Assembly: GCA_947475545.1 (NCBI GenBank)
Contig: CANJLL010000002.1
Span: 144,950 to 208,949 of the forward strand
DNA length: 64,000 bases
Origin: Chloroflexota bacterium
Lineage (GTDB): Bacteria > Chloroflexota > Limnocylindria > Limnocylindrales > CSP1-4
Direction of reading: 5' to 3'
Numbering within the stretch: position 1 is the stretch's first letter; each line of letters starts with the position of its first letter. Both the position numbers and the translations under genes were made by a program. Below, piece by piece: positions 48,699 through 63,570 of the stretch. The notes under the pieces are model-generated. The model saw only the letters and a program-made list of their open reading frames with translations, did not search any database and was not told the origin of the DNA.

Positions 48699-49598
48699 CT
48701 ATCCGCCGATCTGCCTGCCCCACGTCCGGGCACGGACGGCGACGTTGATGATGAGGACCATGAGCATGAGCAGGAAGGCGGCGCCCCATGCCTGCTGGTT
48801 CTGGGCCTCGTACGGCTGGCGGGCATTCATGTAGATGAACAGGGGGAGGGCGTCCATCGGCCGGCCGAAGTCGCCCACGTTCACCAGGCGGCTGCCCAGG
48901 GCGGTGAACAGCAGGGGCGCCGTCTCGCCCATGGCCCGGGCCAGGGCCAGCATCACGCCGGTCAGGATGCCACCCAGCCCGCTGGGGATGACCACGGACA
49001 GCACGGTGCGCCAGACGGGGATCCCCAGCGCCAGGGCGCCTTCGCGAAGGCTGCGTGGCACGAGGCCGAGCATCTCCTCGGTGGTTCGAAGGATCACCGG
49101 GACCATGATCAGGGCCAGCGAGACGCTGCCCGCGAAGGCGTTGAACTGCTTGAACGGCAGCACGAGGAACGTGAAGACGAACAGGCCGATCAGGATGGAC
49201 GGGACGCCGACGAGGACGTCGGCGGCGAAACGGACCACGCGGCCAGCCCGGGCGCCGGCGAACTCGGAGACGTAGATGCCCCCCGCGACGCCGACCGGCA
49301 CGGCGATCAGGGCCGCCAACGGGACCATCTGCAGCGTCCCGGCAATGGCGTTGAGTGCACCGCCGCCGTTACCCAGGGCGCGCGGCGCCTTGGTCAAGAG
49401 GTCAATGTTGAGCGCGCCGATCCCATTGATCGTCACGAAGACCAGCACGGCCCCCAGCGGCAGGACGCACAGCAGGGTGGCCACGAGGGCGAGCAAGCGC
49501 ATCAGCCGATCCGTGACCGCGCGCCGCGAAGCGGTGCGCGGTCCCGTGAGGCGGGCACGAGTGGCGGCTTCCGCGCCGGTGTCCATGGGGGTGGTCAT
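48699..49598 (-). CDS. pstA: Phosphate ABC transporter permease
   Basis: [19 protein letters not shown] and [11 protein letters not shown]. Confidence 0.95.
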   Translation of the reverse strand: MTTPMDTGAEAATRARLTGPRTASRRAVTDRLMRLLALVATLLCVLPLGAVLVFVTINGIGALNIDLLTKAPRALGNGGGALNAIAGTLQMVPLAALIAVPVGVAGGIYVSEFAGARAGRVVRFAADVLVGVPSILIGLFVFTFLVLPFKQFNAFAGSVSLALIMVPVILRTTEEMLGLVPRSLREGALALGIPVWRTVLSVVIPSGLGGILTGVMLALARAMGETAPLLFTALGSRLVNVGDFGRPMDALPLFIYMNARQPYEAQNQQAWGAAFLLMLMVLIINVAVRARTWGRQIGG

Positions 49599-50554
49599 CA
49601 GCGCCCGCCAGCGCCCGTGGCGGTGCGGCCCACGAGGACCCGCGCTGCGACGTTGAGCCCAAGCGTGATGACGAGCAGGACAAGGCCGAGCGCGATCAGG
49701 CTCGACGTCTGGATCCCGACCTGCGCCTCGTTGAAGGTGGTTGCGATCTGGGAGGCGATCGTCTGCGCCTGGTCGAACAGCGACTGCGGGATCCTCTGCG
49801 CGTTCCCGATGACCATCGTGACGGCCATGGTCTCTCCGAGCGCACGCCCGAAGCCGAGGATGATGGCCCCCGCGATCCCGGACCGAGCGGCCGGGAGGAC
49901 GGCCCTGGTGACCACCTCCCAGCGCGTGGCGCCCAGGGCGTACATCGCCTCGCGCTGGCTGTTGGGGATGGACCCGATCACCTCGCGGGCAATCGACACG
50001 ATCGTCGGCAGGATCATGATCGACAGGATGACGCCGGCGGCGAAGAGCCCGACGCCAAACGGCGGGCCAGCAAAGATCGGGATCCAGCCGAGGGTATCGA
50101 CCGCCCAGGCTTCGATCGTCGACTGGAGGAACGGCGAGAGGACGAAGACGCCCCACAGGCCGAAGACGACGCTGGGGATCGCCGCCAGGAGCTCGATCGT
50201 GAAGGTGAGCGGGATGGCGATGCGGCGTGGTGCCAGCTCGGCAAGGAAGATCGCCGTCAGGAGGCCGATCGGGGCCGCGATCACGAGCGCGATGGCGGAC
50301 GACAGCAGGGTCCCGACGATGAACGGCAACGCCCCGTAGATGTTCTTGACGGGATCCCAGTCCGTGCCGATCACGAACCCGGGGCCGAAGGTGGCGAACG
50401 CCCCCCAGCCGTTGACGAGGAGCATGGCCCCCAGCCCGATGAGCGAGACGACGAGCGCCCAGGCCAGCGCGCGGCTGGAGCCCCGGAAGAGCCGGTCCGG
50501 CAGCCGGCTGCCGGACCGGCGTCGGGCGAGTCGGGAAGGTGAGAAGGCCGTCAT
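49598..50554 (-). CDS. pstC: Phosphate ABC transporter permease
   Basis: ELLAAIPSVVFGLWG and GRALGETMAV. Confidence 0.95.
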   Translation of the reverse strand: MTAFSPSRLARRRSGSRLPDRLFRGSSRALAWALVVSLIGLGAMLLVNGWGAFATFGPGFVIGTDWDPVKNIYGALPFIVGTLLSSAIALVIAAPIGLLTAIFLAELAPRRIAIPLTFTIELLAAIPSVVFGLWGVFVLSPFLQSTIEAWAVDTLGWIPIFAGPPFGVGLFAAGVILSIMILPTIVSIAREVIGSIPNSQREAMYALGATRWEVVTRAVLPAARSGIAGAIILGFGRALGETMAVTMVIGNAQRIPQSLFDQAQTIASQIATTFNEAQVGIQTSSLIALGLVLLVITLGLNVAARVLVGRTATGAGGR

Positions 50555-50620
50555 CGGTGGGTCATTATCCCCTCACACGCCGGCCGGCACAGGGCCAGCC
50601 GGCTCGGGACGGATGCGGCA

Positions 50621-50653
50621 GAGCACCCCTGGGGAGGATCCCCGGGGGTGCTC
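50621..50653 (-). other. Intercistronic stem-loop between pstS and pstC
   Basis: GAGCACCCCTGGGGA-gga-TCCCCGGGGGTGCTC. Confidence 0.6.
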
Positions 50654-50676
50654 ATGGACGGGCAGGCCGTGGGAGG

Positions 50677-51831
50677 TTACGGCCAGATCGCCTTGCCGTT
50701 GACAGTGATCAGGTGGAGCTGCTGGAGTGCCTTGACGCGGATCGGCTCCGGCAGCCGGGCGTAGCCGAGGCCGCCGGTCGTCGTCTGGCCGTCGGTCAGG
50801 CCCCAGTAGATGTAGGCGACCAGGGCCTGCGCCTTGTTCGCGTCCTTCTGCGCCTGGTAGGCCAGGAGGTAGGTGTAGGCCGCGACCGGGTAGGTCGCGT
50901 CGCCGGCGCCATTGATGATCGGTGCCTGGCGGAAGTCGGCCGGGAAGCTGGCAACGGCGCCTTCGGCGGCCGCCGTGACACCGGCCGTGGAGCCGGCGAC
51001 GAACTTGCCCGCGGCGTTCTTCATCTTCGCGGCGGTCAGCTTGGCCGTGGTGGCGTAGTTGAGCTCGACATACCCGATGGCGCCCTTGTTGGCATCGCCC
51101 TTGACGCCACCGGCCACGCCGTCGTTGCCGGCCGCGCCGATGCCCGTGGGCCATTTGACTTCGGTCCCCTTGCCGACCTGGGACTTCCAGTCCGGGCTGA
51201 CCGTGTCGAGGTACGTGGTAAACGCATTGGTCGTGCCCGAGCCGTCCGAACGGTGGACGACCTTGATGGCGAGATCAGGCAGCGTTGCGCCGCTGTTCAG
51301 GGCAACGATGGCCGGGTCGTTCCACTTGGTGATCTTGCCGAGGAAGATGTTGGCGACCGTGGTCCCGTCGAGATTGAGGTCCACACCGGCCACGTTGTAG
51401 ATCACGACGACGGCGCCGAGGACGGTCGGGATGTGGAGGACCTTGCTCCCGGCCGGGAGGGCTGCGACCGCCGTATCCGTGAGCGCGGCGTCCGAGGCGC
51501 CGTAGTCAACGGTCTGCTCGGTGATGGCCTTGATGCCACCGCCGGAGCCGATGCCCTTGTAGTCGACCTGGACGGTCTTGTACTTGAAGTTGAACGCGTC
51601 GTTCCAGACGTCGTAGAGCGGTACGGGGAACGTGGCACCCGTGCCCGTGAGGGTGACGTTGGCGCTCGGCGGAAGCGGGATGCTCGCGCCCGGGGCGCCA
51701 CTGGCGACACCCGAAGCCGCGGCGCTGGGGGCGGCGGTGGGGGCGGGCGTCGCGGCGGACGAGCAGGCGCCCGCCAGGACGGCCGCCGCGAGGGCAAGGA
51801 CCCCGATGCGCTTCGTGGAGATGACGGTCAA
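50677..51831 (-). CDS. pstS: Phosphate-binding lipoprotein
   Basis: Lipobox LAGAC; GATFP, GSGGGI, RSDGSGTT and AIGYVE. Confidence 0.96.
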   Translation of the reverse strand: MTVISTKRIGVLALAAAVLAGACSSAATPAPTAAPSAAASGVASGAPGASIPLPPSANVTLTGTGATFPVPLYDVWNDAFNFKYKTVQVDYKGIGSGGGIKAITEQTVDYGASDAALTDTAVAALPAGSKVLHIPTVLGAVVVIYNVAGVDLNLDGTTVANIFLGKITKWNDPAIVALNSGATLPDLAIKVVHRSDGSGTTNAFTTYLDTVSPDWKSQVGKGTEVKWPTGIGAAGNDGVAGGVKGDANKGAIGYVELNYATTAKLTAAKMKNAAGKFVAGSTAGVTAAAEGAVASFPADFRQAPIINGAGDATYPVAAYTYLLAYQAQKDANKAQALVAYIYWGLTDGQTTTGGLGYARLPEPIRVKALQQLHLITVNGKAIWP

Positions 51832-51922
51832 GCGATCAATCCTCCTGGTCGTTCGGCGGGTCGGCGCCGCTCATGGGCTCCGTGGATCTGATGGCCCGCT
51901 ATCTGAAGGTTCGCTTCGAAAG

Positions 51923-51961
51923 GTCAACCCACCGTCGGCGTCGCGTTAACGTACTGTCAAC
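51923..51961 (-). promoter_or_regulatory. Candidate PHO box (11-bp-period direct repeats)
   Basis: Plus-strand GTCAAC 51923, GTCGGC 51934, GTTAAC 51945 and GTCAAC 51956, upstream of pstS. Confidence 0.6.
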
Positions 51962-52112
51962 GGGTCGGTCGCGAGCTCCCTGGTCGGGTGAAATGCCGCA
52001 TTGGAGAACGGGCTGGCTTCCCCTGCCTGGCTCTGCTACCATCGCGGTTCGCGTCCGGCGCATATCCCGCGTCCGACGCACGACAACCACCCGCATGACG
52101 AGGTTCGCACCG

Positions 52113-52904
52113 TTGGCCAAGACGCCCCGCACGTGGACAGGCGCGCGGACTCCCTCGGGCCTGAAGCGCGTTCGGCAGGCCGAAGCCCGGCGCGCAATCC
52201 TTCAGCCCCGGCGAAGTGCCGCAAAGACCCTGGTTTCCAAGGCAATTACGGTCGCCGCCAATCCGATCGAGGGCACTGACCCGCAGTTCGCGCTCCGCGA
52301 GGCGCTCAGCGCCCTGGATCGTGCTGCCAAGGTCGGCGCCATCCACCCGAATGCCGCAGCGCGACGCAAGTCGCGCCTCACGCTCAAGGTGAACGCCGCA
52401 CTGAGCGGGTCGGTGGTGCAAACCTCCGCGCACGTCAGCAAGACAACCGGCAAGGCTGCCGCGGTCAAGGCTGCCAAGGCCCGCATCGCGGCCGGCAAGG
52501 CCGACAAGGCAAAGGGCGCCCAGACGGCCGCCGGCAAGGCGCGCGCCGCGCTGAGCAAGACGGCCCGCACGGACGCTGCTGCCGCTGCCGCGGCCAAGGC
52601 TGCCAAGGCGGAGGCTCCCAAGGCCACCGTTGCTGCCAAGGCTCCGAACAAGGGCTCTGCTGCCAAGGCGGCCAAGGCGGCCAAGGCCGCCAAGGCTCCG
52701 GCGGCGGCCAAGGCCGCCAAGGCTCCGGCGGCGGCCAAGGCCGCCAAGGCTCCGGCGGCCGAGAAGCCCGCCAAGGCTCCGGCTGCTGCCAAGGCTCCGG
52801 CTGCCGAGAAGCCCGCCAAGGCTCCGGCTGCTGCCAAGGCCCCCAAGGCTCCGGCTGCTGCCAAGGCCCCCAAGGCTCCGGCTGCCGAGAAGCCCGACAA
52901 GTAA
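52113..52904 (+). CDS. rpsT: 30S ribosomal protein S20 with a long Ala/Lys/Pro-rich C-terminal extension
   Basis: SGLKRVRQAEARR..RSAAKT..ALDRAAKVGAIHPNAAARRKSRL; GAGG RBS before the TTG. Confidence 0.9.
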   Translation: MAKTPRTWTGARTPSGLKRVRQAEARRAILQPRRSAAKTLVSKAITVAANPIEGTDPQFALREALSALDRAAKVGAIHPNAAARRKSRLTLKVNAALSGSVVQTSAHVSKTTGKAAAVKAAKARIAAGKADKAKGAQTAAGKARAALSKTARTDAAAAAAAKAAKAEAPKATVAAKAPNKGSAAKAAKAAKAAKAPAAAKAAKAPAAAKAAKAPAAEKPAKAPAAAKAPAAEKPAKAPAAAKAPKAPAAAKAPKAPAAEKPDK

Positions 52905-52916
52905 TCGCGCCAACTG

Positions 52917-52946
52917 AAACGCCCCGGGCAATGCCCGGGGCGTTTT
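52917..52946 (+). terminator. Intrinsic terminator, possibly bidirectional
   Basis: AAACGCCCCGGGCA-a-TGCCCGGGGCGTTTT. Confidence 0.85.
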
Positions 52947-53037
52947 GATTCACGGCGCCGCGCAGGCGGCCGTCGCACCGGATGCCCGAGGCCGGGCGAC
53001 TACCCGGTTCCAAGCTGGGCGATGGCCCGAAGCCAGG

Positions 53038-53106
53038 CGGCAGCCCAGCCGGTCAGGCGGGCTTCGGCAGCCCAGCCGGTCAGGCGGGCTTCGGCAGCCC
53101 AGCCGG

Positions 53107-53118
<12 letters not shown>
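53038..53118. repeat. 27-bp perfect tandem repeat x3
   Basis: CGGCAGCCCAGCCGGTCAGGCGGGCTT; the last copy contains the stop codon of the 53107-53670 gene. Confidence 0.85.
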
Positions 53119-56224
<3,106 letters not shown>

Positions 56225-56231
56225 GCTGGCC

Positions 56232-57404
<1,173 letters not shown>

Positions 57405-57457
57405 CTACCCTCGGTCATCCCGGGTGATCAAGGGGCGTGAGCCGGGCCCACTCTGTC

Positions 57458-58474
57458 TCAGCTTCCGGCCCAATCCCCCGCCGCGCGACTGCCCACGAGA
57501 CCCAGCGCGCCGACCAGTCCCACGTCGTCGCCCAGCCGGGCGGGCACCAGGCGGACCCGAGCGGCCTGGATCCGGAAGGCCTCGCGGGCCACGGCATCCC
57601 GGGCAGGCCCAAGGAGCCGCTCGCCCTGGCCATGGGCCAGGCTTCCCCCGACGACGATCACTTCGGGGTTGAACACGTCGACGACGCCGACCATGGCCGC
57701 AGCAAACGCGCGTCGAGCACGGTCCAGGAGTGCCGCGGCGTCGGGGTCGCCCGCGGCGTCGGCCTCGGCCAGGTCGCGGGCAGAGAGGCGCCGGCCGACG
57801 AGGGTCGCCATGGCCGTGAGTCCGGGAGCGCGGCCGGTAGCGACGAGGTCCGCCGCGGCCCGCGCGAGGCCGGAGCCCGACGCGATCGCCTCCAGGTGGC
57901 CGCGGCCACCACAGCCGCACATGGGCCCGTCGAGATCCACGGTGAGGTGGCCGATCTCGCCCGCCAGCCCGTCGGCCCCGGCAAGGAGCCGGCCGCCGGC
58001 AAGGACGGCGCCGCCGACCCCCGTGGAGACCGTGATGTATACCGCGTCGCGGGCGTCGCGGGCAGCCCCGAAGCCCAGTTCGCCGAGGAGGGCCACGACC
58101 GTGTCGCGCTCAAGGGCGGCCGGCAGGCCAAGGGCCGCCGCGATGGGACCCGTGATCGGTGTGTCGCGGAAGGCGGGGCCAAGGTTGGGCGTGTCGATCA
58201 ACCGTCCGGCCGCGGCATCGAGCGGACCCGGGGCACAGACGCCGATCCCCGACAGGCTGGCGGCGATGTCGGCGGGCGCGGCGGCGCGGACTGCCTGGAG
58301 CAGGCCGATCATGTCGGCAACTACGGCCTGCGGGCCGTCCGAGGAGCGGGTCACGCCCTCAGCACGCGCCGCGAGCGAGCCGTCGGGCAGGACGACGGCC
58401 GCACGGATGCGGCTCGCGCCCAGGTCGAGCGCCAGCACCGGGGCCGACGAGAATGAGTAGTCGCTGGTTGTCAT
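57458..58474 (-). CDS. ROK family sugar kinase (glucokinase-like)
   Basis: LALDLGAS, TVSTGVGG and AGEIGH..CGCGGRGHLE. Confidence 0.9.
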   Translation of the reverse strand: MTTSDYSFSSAPVLALDLGASRIRAAVVLPDGSLAARAEGVTRSSDGPQAVVADMIGLLQAVRAAAPADIAASLSGIGVCAPGPLDAAAGRLIDTPNLGPAFRDTPITGPIAAALGLPAALERDTVVALLGELGFGAARDARDAVYITVSTGVGGAVLAGGRLLAGADGLAGEIGHLTVDLDGPMCGCGGRGHLEAIASGSGLARAAADLVATGRAPGLTAMATLVGRRLSARDLAEADAAGDPDAAALLDRARRAFAAAMVGVVDVFNPEVIVVGGSLAHGQGERLLGPARDAVAREAFRIQAARVRLVPARLGDDVGLVGALGLVGSRAAGDWAGS

Positions 58475-58477
58475 CTG

Positions 58478-58522
58478 AATCACGACGACCCCCGCCGGGA
58501 TGGGCGGGGGTCGTCGTGATTT
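58478..58522. terminator. Strong hairpin/terminator downstream of the DUF5679 gene
   Basis: AATCACGACGACCCCCGCC...GGCGGGGGTCGTCGTGATT. Confidence 0.75.
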
Positions 58523-58534
58523 GCCGTCAGGCGA

Positions 58535-58678
58535 TCAGCCGCCGCCGATGCGGAAGACCTTGTTGCCGCACTCCGGGCAGACACCCGAGACGGCCGGCTT
58601 GCCGTTCTTCATCGTGATCTGCTGCGGATCCTTGATCTCGACCTTCTTCTTGTCCTTGACGCAATAAGCCTCAGCCAT
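58535..58678 (-). CDS. DUF5679-family small zinc-ribbon-like protein (47 aa)
   Basis: MAEAYCVKDKKKVEIKDPQQITMKNGKPAVSGVCPECGNKVFRIGGG with an AGGAGA RBS. Below the ORF-track cutoff. Confidence 0.85.
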   Translation of the reverse strand: MAEAYCVKDKKKVEIKDPQQITMKNGKPAVSGVCPECGNKVFRIGGG

Positions 58679-58705
58679 CGAGATTCTCCTCGTGTGAGTG
58701 GGGCG

Positions 58706-59578
58706 TCACGGGAGCCCATGTCCCGTGTCCGCAGTTGGACGACTCCAGAGCGATGGTCGCCACCGATCCACGCCGGCCTGGCGCTTCTGGTGGTCCATCT
58801 CGGCAAGGATCAGGAGGCTGTCAAGCCCCGTCTCCACGCACGCGGTTTCTGCCGCTTCCTGCTGGGCGCCGGTCACGAACTGACCGGCATTGCGCTGGGC
58901 GTACACGGCGCACAGCACGCCCGCTCGACAGCGGGCCAGGCCCGCCAGGACGAGGAGCGCCGAGGCCTCCATCTCGAAGTTCAGCACGCGCTGGCGCATC
59001 ATATCGTCGGCCAGCCCGGGATACCGGATTGGCAGCTGCGGAATGGGTCGGCCCTGTGCCCCGTAGAACCCGGGGGCGGTGGCAGTCAGCCCCACGTGGG
59101 TCCGATGACCCCGCCGCGCGGCCGCCTCCTGGAGCGCGAGGATCACCTCATAGTCGGCCACGGCCGGGTAGCCGTCGTGCACGAACCAGCTTGTGGTGGT
59201 CTCGAGGCGCACGGCGCCCGTGCTGATCACGAGGTCCCCCAGCTCCATTTCCGGCTGGAGCGCGCCACACGACCCGACGCGGACGAAGGTGGGGCGCTCG
59301 GTGATCGCCAGGATCTCCGCGACCACGATCTCGACGTTGTCGGTGCCGATGCCCGTCGAGACGACCGAGACGCGCATCCCCTGGTAGGTGCCCGTGACCG
59401 ACGCGAACTCACGGTGCCGGTGCTCGCGCTCAACGCTGTCGAATCGCCCGGCAATGCGGCCGGTGCGGTCGGGATCGCCGGGGAGGAGGATGTACTCGGC
59501 CAGCTCACCCGGGGCGAGCCCGATGTGGTACTGGCGCTCACCGGCGGGGAGGGCGACGCGGGGGTCCGCGTTGGGCAA
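58706..59578 (-). CDS. udp: Uridine/nucleoside phosphorylase
   Basis: QYHIGL, LPGDPDR, HREF, STGIG, RVGSCG, FYGAQGR and NFEME. Confidence 0.88.
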   Translation of the reverse strand: MPNADPRVALPAGERQYHIGLAPGELAEYILLPGDPDRTGRIAGRFDSVEREHRHREFASVTGTYQGMRVSVVSTGIGTDNVEIVVAEILAITERPTFVRVGSCGALQPEMELGDLVISTGAVRLETTTSWFVHDGYPAVADYEVILALQEAAARRGHRTHVGLTATAPGFYGAQGRPIPQLPIRYPGLADDMMRQRVLNFEMEASALLVLAGLARCRAGVLCAVYAQRNAGQFVTGAQQEAAETACVETGLDSLLILAEMDHQKRQAGVDRWRPSLWSRPTADTGHGLP

Positions 59579-59656
59579 GAGGTGATCCCTTCTGCTGCGC
59601 GACACGCTGGGCGGCCACGAGGTCCGGGCGAGGATAGCCCTGCCTTCTCACGAGCG

Positions 59657-62600
59657 TCAAGCGACCGAGGCGCGCGGGCCAACCACCTTTGCCAGGCGCT
59701 CGGCGAGCCGGGCATTCGCACGGCGGCGCACGCGGCGACGGTGCAGCGCCGAGGCGGCCACCGAGACAGCCGAGAGGAGCAGCAACGGGACCAATCCGAC
59801 GAGACCGCCCGGGTCGTCGCCGAGGAGGCCGCCGAGCCCCAGCCAGCGACCGGGGTGTCCGGCCTCACCGTTCGCCGCGGCAGGGTCTGCGACTGGGTCC
59901 GGGTCGACCGGGCCCACGCCCGGGCCGGCGATGGCCCGCGGCTCGCCCAGGTCGCCGACCCGCACCAGCCCGTCCGGGCTCGTGACCTCGACCGCCCAGT
60001 CATCCGTATGGCCCTGCCGGGCGACGACGAGGCCCACGGCATTCACGGCGTCCCCGGGCTCGAGCAGACCGGCGAAGGCTGCGGCATCGCCCCGGAGGAG
60101 GACGGCGGCCAGCGCCGTGCCGTCGTCCAGCCCGAAGCTATCGCCTGCCGGCTCCGCGACCAGCCCGCCGACGCGGACGTATTCGCCGACGTGCTCCGCC
60201 AATGCCGCCAGGTCGACATCGGGGGCGGACTGGGCGGCGCCGGCCAGCACGGCGCCGTCCCGTGCGCTCGCGTTGCCGCCCCCCGGGCTTGACGCCCCAT
60301 TGGATCCGCCCATGGCGGTCGCACCACCGGCGGGCACCGACCTGCTCGTCAGGGCCAGCCCGAGATCCTTCGGGCCACGCGGCACCAGGCCGAAACGCTG
60401 GTCCGAGGCTCCCGGGTAGGGCCGGCGGACGATCCCGATGACGGTCGCCTGGCGCCCGGCGACCAGTGCGGTCGATGGGATCCCGGCCCCGGGCAGCCCA
60501 TCGACCAGGACCCGCTGCCCGCCGACGGACAGCTCGGCGCGCCAGCGGCTGCCCAGGCGACTCACCGAGGCGACGATGCCGGCTGTCCGGGCCAGCCGCC
60601 ATTCGAGTGCCGTCCCCGGTTGGCCGGTGAGCGGGGCGGGTTCCGGGGTGCTGGTCGCGGCGATGACCTGCACCGCGCTGGCACGGATCCGCGGCGCACC
60701 GTAGGCGCGCGTCATCGTCCCGACGACACGCAGGCGCTGGCCCAACGGCGGCGCCACGGTCCCGATCGGGAGGAGGACCTCCACCGCGCCGGACGCATCC
60801 TGCACGACGATGCGCCGGCCGGTGGCGTCCAGCAGCGACGCCGGGATCGTGACGGTGCCTTCCACGACGACGGTGGCATCCAGCTGGGTGATGGCCCGCG
60901 CAATCGGGATCGCCGGCACCTGAGTTGGCGCGGCCGACGGCGTTGGGACCGGCGTGCCCAGGACCACGATATCGAGGATGTCGCGGAGCCAGACCCGGTA
61001 GCCGTCGAGCGCGTCCTTGCGGGACGCCCGTTGACCGACGACCCCGACCAGGCGATACGAGCGCCCGGCTCGCACGGCGGTGGTCGTGAGACCGCTGGAG
61101 GCGTCGGCCATGACGCGTACTCGGCCGCCCTGGGCATCGATGACGTCGAACGAGATGTCGTGGCTGGTGGACCGCCACGGCGTCGCAGCGACGGTCCCCT
61201 CGATCGAGAGGAGGCGGGCCTCGGTCCCCTCGCCGATCGCCGACGCCCGGGTGAGCAGCGGAGTGGGCAGCGCGGCGCTGGCAATGACCCGGAGCCCGTC
61301 TCCGGCCAGCTTGACCTCGAGCTGCCCGTTGGGGGCGGCGAGCGTCCCACGCACCTCTACCCGGCTGCCGCGCGGGGGAGCCGACGCGCCGTCGGCGAGG
61401 TGGAGGACCACGGCGGCCGTTCCGTCCTCAATGGCGAGGAGGTCCGGCGTCCCGAGCCGCCCTGCCTCCGCGGTGACAATGCCGGCGACGGCGACCACGC
61501 TCCCAACCGAGCGCGCCCGGGCCGTCCCGATGCCGATCAGGTCGGACGGCGTCGGCGATGGCGTGGGCGTGGGCGTTGGGTTGGGGGTTGGCATTGGGCT
61601 GGGGGCTAGCGTTGGGCTGGGAGTTGGGTCGGGGGTTGGCGTTGGCGTGGGGCTGGGGGTTGGTGCAGGGCTGGGAGTTGGGGCAGGCGTCGGGCTGGGG
61701 GTTGGCGTCGGCGTTGGGCTGGGGCTGGGGGTTGGCAGCGTCGCGACCAGGTCGCCAGGCAGCGTGACCATGAGCCGGTAGCCGGACGCCCCCGTGCCCG
61801 TGCTGTCGCGCTGACCGACCGAGCCCGCCGCAACGATCGTGGACCCTGGCGGGATCGTTGCCGACCCGAGCGCATCGGGGGCAACGATCACCCGCACCGA
61901 GCCACTGCCGTCGTCCACGAGGATCCCGGTCCCGTCCGCGTAGGCCGTCGCCGCCCCGATGGTGACCCCGACGACCGTCACGCGCCGGCCCTCCACGGTC
62001 TCGCCGACCTGACCCGTGGGCAGGGCCGGCGCGGCCGGCAAGGCACCCGGGCCCAGGTCCTCGATCGCGGTCAGCGCCACCCGGAGGGTCCGCGCGCCGT
62101 ACCGCTCGTCAATCGTGCCGCCGGCGCGGATCAGCGTGCCGGCCGGCCAAGGGGTCGGCGGCGCCCCGTCCAGGTAGAGCGCGATTCCGCCGGTCGCATC
62201 CTCCACGAAGGCCGACCGACCATCCTCGAGCAGCCCGAGCGGCGTCGTGAGCACCCCCACGATGGTGGCCGATTCGCCGGCTGGCAGCGCCCGGGCATCC
62301 GCGATCGCGGTCGGCGTGGGAATGGGGGTTGGCGTGGGGGTGGGGACCGGCCTCGGGGTTGGCGTCGGGTTCGGCGTCGGGGCAGGGGTCGGGTCCGGCA
62401 CGGGTGTCGGCGCGGGGGTTGGGGTTGGGGTGGGCCCCACCGTGGGAGCCGGCGTCGGACTCGGCACCGGGTCCGGCGTCGGGATCGGGGTCGGGATCGG
62501 GGTCGGGATGGGCGTCGGGGTGGGGCTGGGCGAGGGATCCGGCGCGGTGGTCGGAGCCGCGGAGGGCGCCGGCGAGGGGGCGATTGTGGTACCCGGCGTG

Positions 62601-63352
62601 GGGCTGGAGGTGGGGATGGGCGACGCCGACGGCGTGGGACTCGGCGTTGGCGCCGGCGTGGGCAATGGGGTGGGCCACGGGTCCGGGCTGGGGCTGGCCG
62701 AGGCGGAGGGCACCGGCACCGGCGGCGCGGCGAGCGGCTGCGGGCTGGGCGCTCCCTGCACGAGCCAGTCCGTGGCGTTGTCGTTGGTATCCACGCCGTT
62801 GCCGTCGATGGCGCCCGGGCGGCGCTCCAGGCTGGAGCCGGGTGGCGGCGCGGGCGCCGCGGCACCCTCCACAAACGAGCTGACGGTATCGCCCCAGCCG
62901 ATGGCGTCGACGGGAGCACCGCCGATCCGGCGCAGGACGATCGCCCCGCCGGTCGCCGCCAGGCCGCCGCTGTACACGGCGTCGGCGACTGGCGAATGGA
63001 GACCCGCCCCATTCGCAATCAGCAGGTGCCGCCCGGGATCCAGGAGCAGTGCCGATGTCCAGCTGGCCTTGCGCGTGATGGTGGCGCCGCTGGAGGTCAC
63101 GTAGGCCACCTCCAGGCCTGCGAGGTCAACTGGCACCGACCCGGCGTTCGTGAGCTCCACGAACTCGTCGGACGCCGACGCACCCCCGGTCTGGACCTCC
63201 GAGACCAGAAGCGTCGAGACAGGCCAGGCGACGGCCGCAGCCGGTCTGGCCAGCAGCAGCCGGGCGGCCGGCGCAGACGTGCCCGCGACCACCAGGGCGA
63301 GGGCAAGGACGAAGAAGATGGCAGCAACTGTGGCGCGCCGGGCGCGATCCAT
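59657..63352 (-). CDS. Surface protein: lamin-tail domain, PT linkers, multiple OB-fold-like repeats and a C-terminal TM anchor
   Basis: [38 protein letters not shown] (LTD). Repeats such as [31 protein letters not shown] and LDDGT. C-terminal TM followed by an Arg cluster. Confidence 0.82.
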   Translation of the reverse strand: MDRARRATVAAIFFVLALALVVAGTSAPAARLLLARPAAAVAWPVSTLLVSEVQTGGASASDEFVELTNAGSVPVDLAGLEVAYVTSSGATITRKASWTSALLLDPGRHLLIANGAGLHSPVADAVYSGGLAATGGAIVLRRIGGAPVDAIGWGDTVSSFVEGAAAPAPPPGSSLERRPGAIDGNGVDTNDNATDWLVQGAPSPQPLAAPPVPVPSASASPSPDPWPTPLPTPAPTPSPTPSASPIPTSSPTPGTTIAPSPAPSAAPTTAPDPSPSPTPTPIPTPIPTPIPTPDPVPSPTPAPTVGPTPTPTPAPTPVPDPTPAPTPNPTPTPRPVPTPTPTPIPTPTAIADARALPAGESATIVGVLTTPLGLLEDGRSAFVEDATGGIALYLDGAPPTPWPAGTLIRAGGTIDERYGARTLRVALTAIEDLGPGALPAAPALPTGQVGETVEGRRVTVVGVTIGAATAYADGTGILVDDGSGSVRVIVAPDALGSATIPPGSTIVAAGSVGQRDSTGTGASGYRLMVTLPGDLVATLPTPSPSPTPTPTPSPTPAPTPSPAPTPSPTPTPTPDPTPSPTLAPSPMPTPNPTPTPTPSPTPSDLIGIGTARARSVGSVVAVAGIVTAEAGRLGTPDLLAIEDGTAAVVLHLADGASAPPRGSRVEVRGTLAAPNGQLEVKLAGDGLRVIASAALPTPLLTRASAIGEGTEARLLSIEGTVAATPWRSTSHDISFDVIDAQGGRVRVMADASSGLTTTAVRAGRSYRLVGVVGQRASRKDALDGYRVWLRDILDIVVLGTPVPTPSAAPTQVPAIPIARAITQLDATVVVEGTVTIPASLLDATGRRIVVQDASGAVEVLLPIGTVAPPLGQRLRVVGTMTRAYGAPRIRASAVQVIAATSTPEPAPLTGQPGTALEWRLARTAGIVASVSRLGSRWRAELSVGGQRVLVDGLPGAGIPSTALVAGRQATVIGIVRRPYPGASDQRFGLVPRGPKDLGLALTSRSVPAGGATAMGGSNGASSPGGGNASARDGAVLAGAAQSAPDVDLAALAEHVGEYVRVGGLVAEPAGDSFGLDDGTALAAVLLRGDAAAFAGLLEPGDAVNAVGLVVARQGHTDDWAVEVTSPDGLVRVGDLGEPRAIAGPGVGPVDPDPVADPAAANGEAGHPGRWLGLGGLLGDDPGGLVGLVPLLLLSAVSVAASALHRRRVRRRANARLAERLAKVVGPRASVA

Positions 63353-63570
63353 CGACGACCTCCTGGCGGGGAGCTGGGGTGCCCGGGCGGAACGGACCGG
63401 CCAGTTCTACCAGCCCGCGCTTACCTGCTACCAAACCGGGCGGTCGGCAGCGCCGTCTGCTCCGTCGTTCGCGTACGATGCCGTCCTCGCTCACGCGCGC
63501 CGTCGCCTCGCTCCGCCGGCGCCCGAGCCTCGCGCCCAAGACTTCGCCCCAGACCCAGCCAGGAGGCACC

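Noticed and set aside
61540..62720. GGCGTCGGG/GGGGTT-rich repeats (also 33020-33140 and 38225-38320)
   Set aside because: They are explained as coding Pro-Thr/Pro-Ser linkers of secreted proteins.
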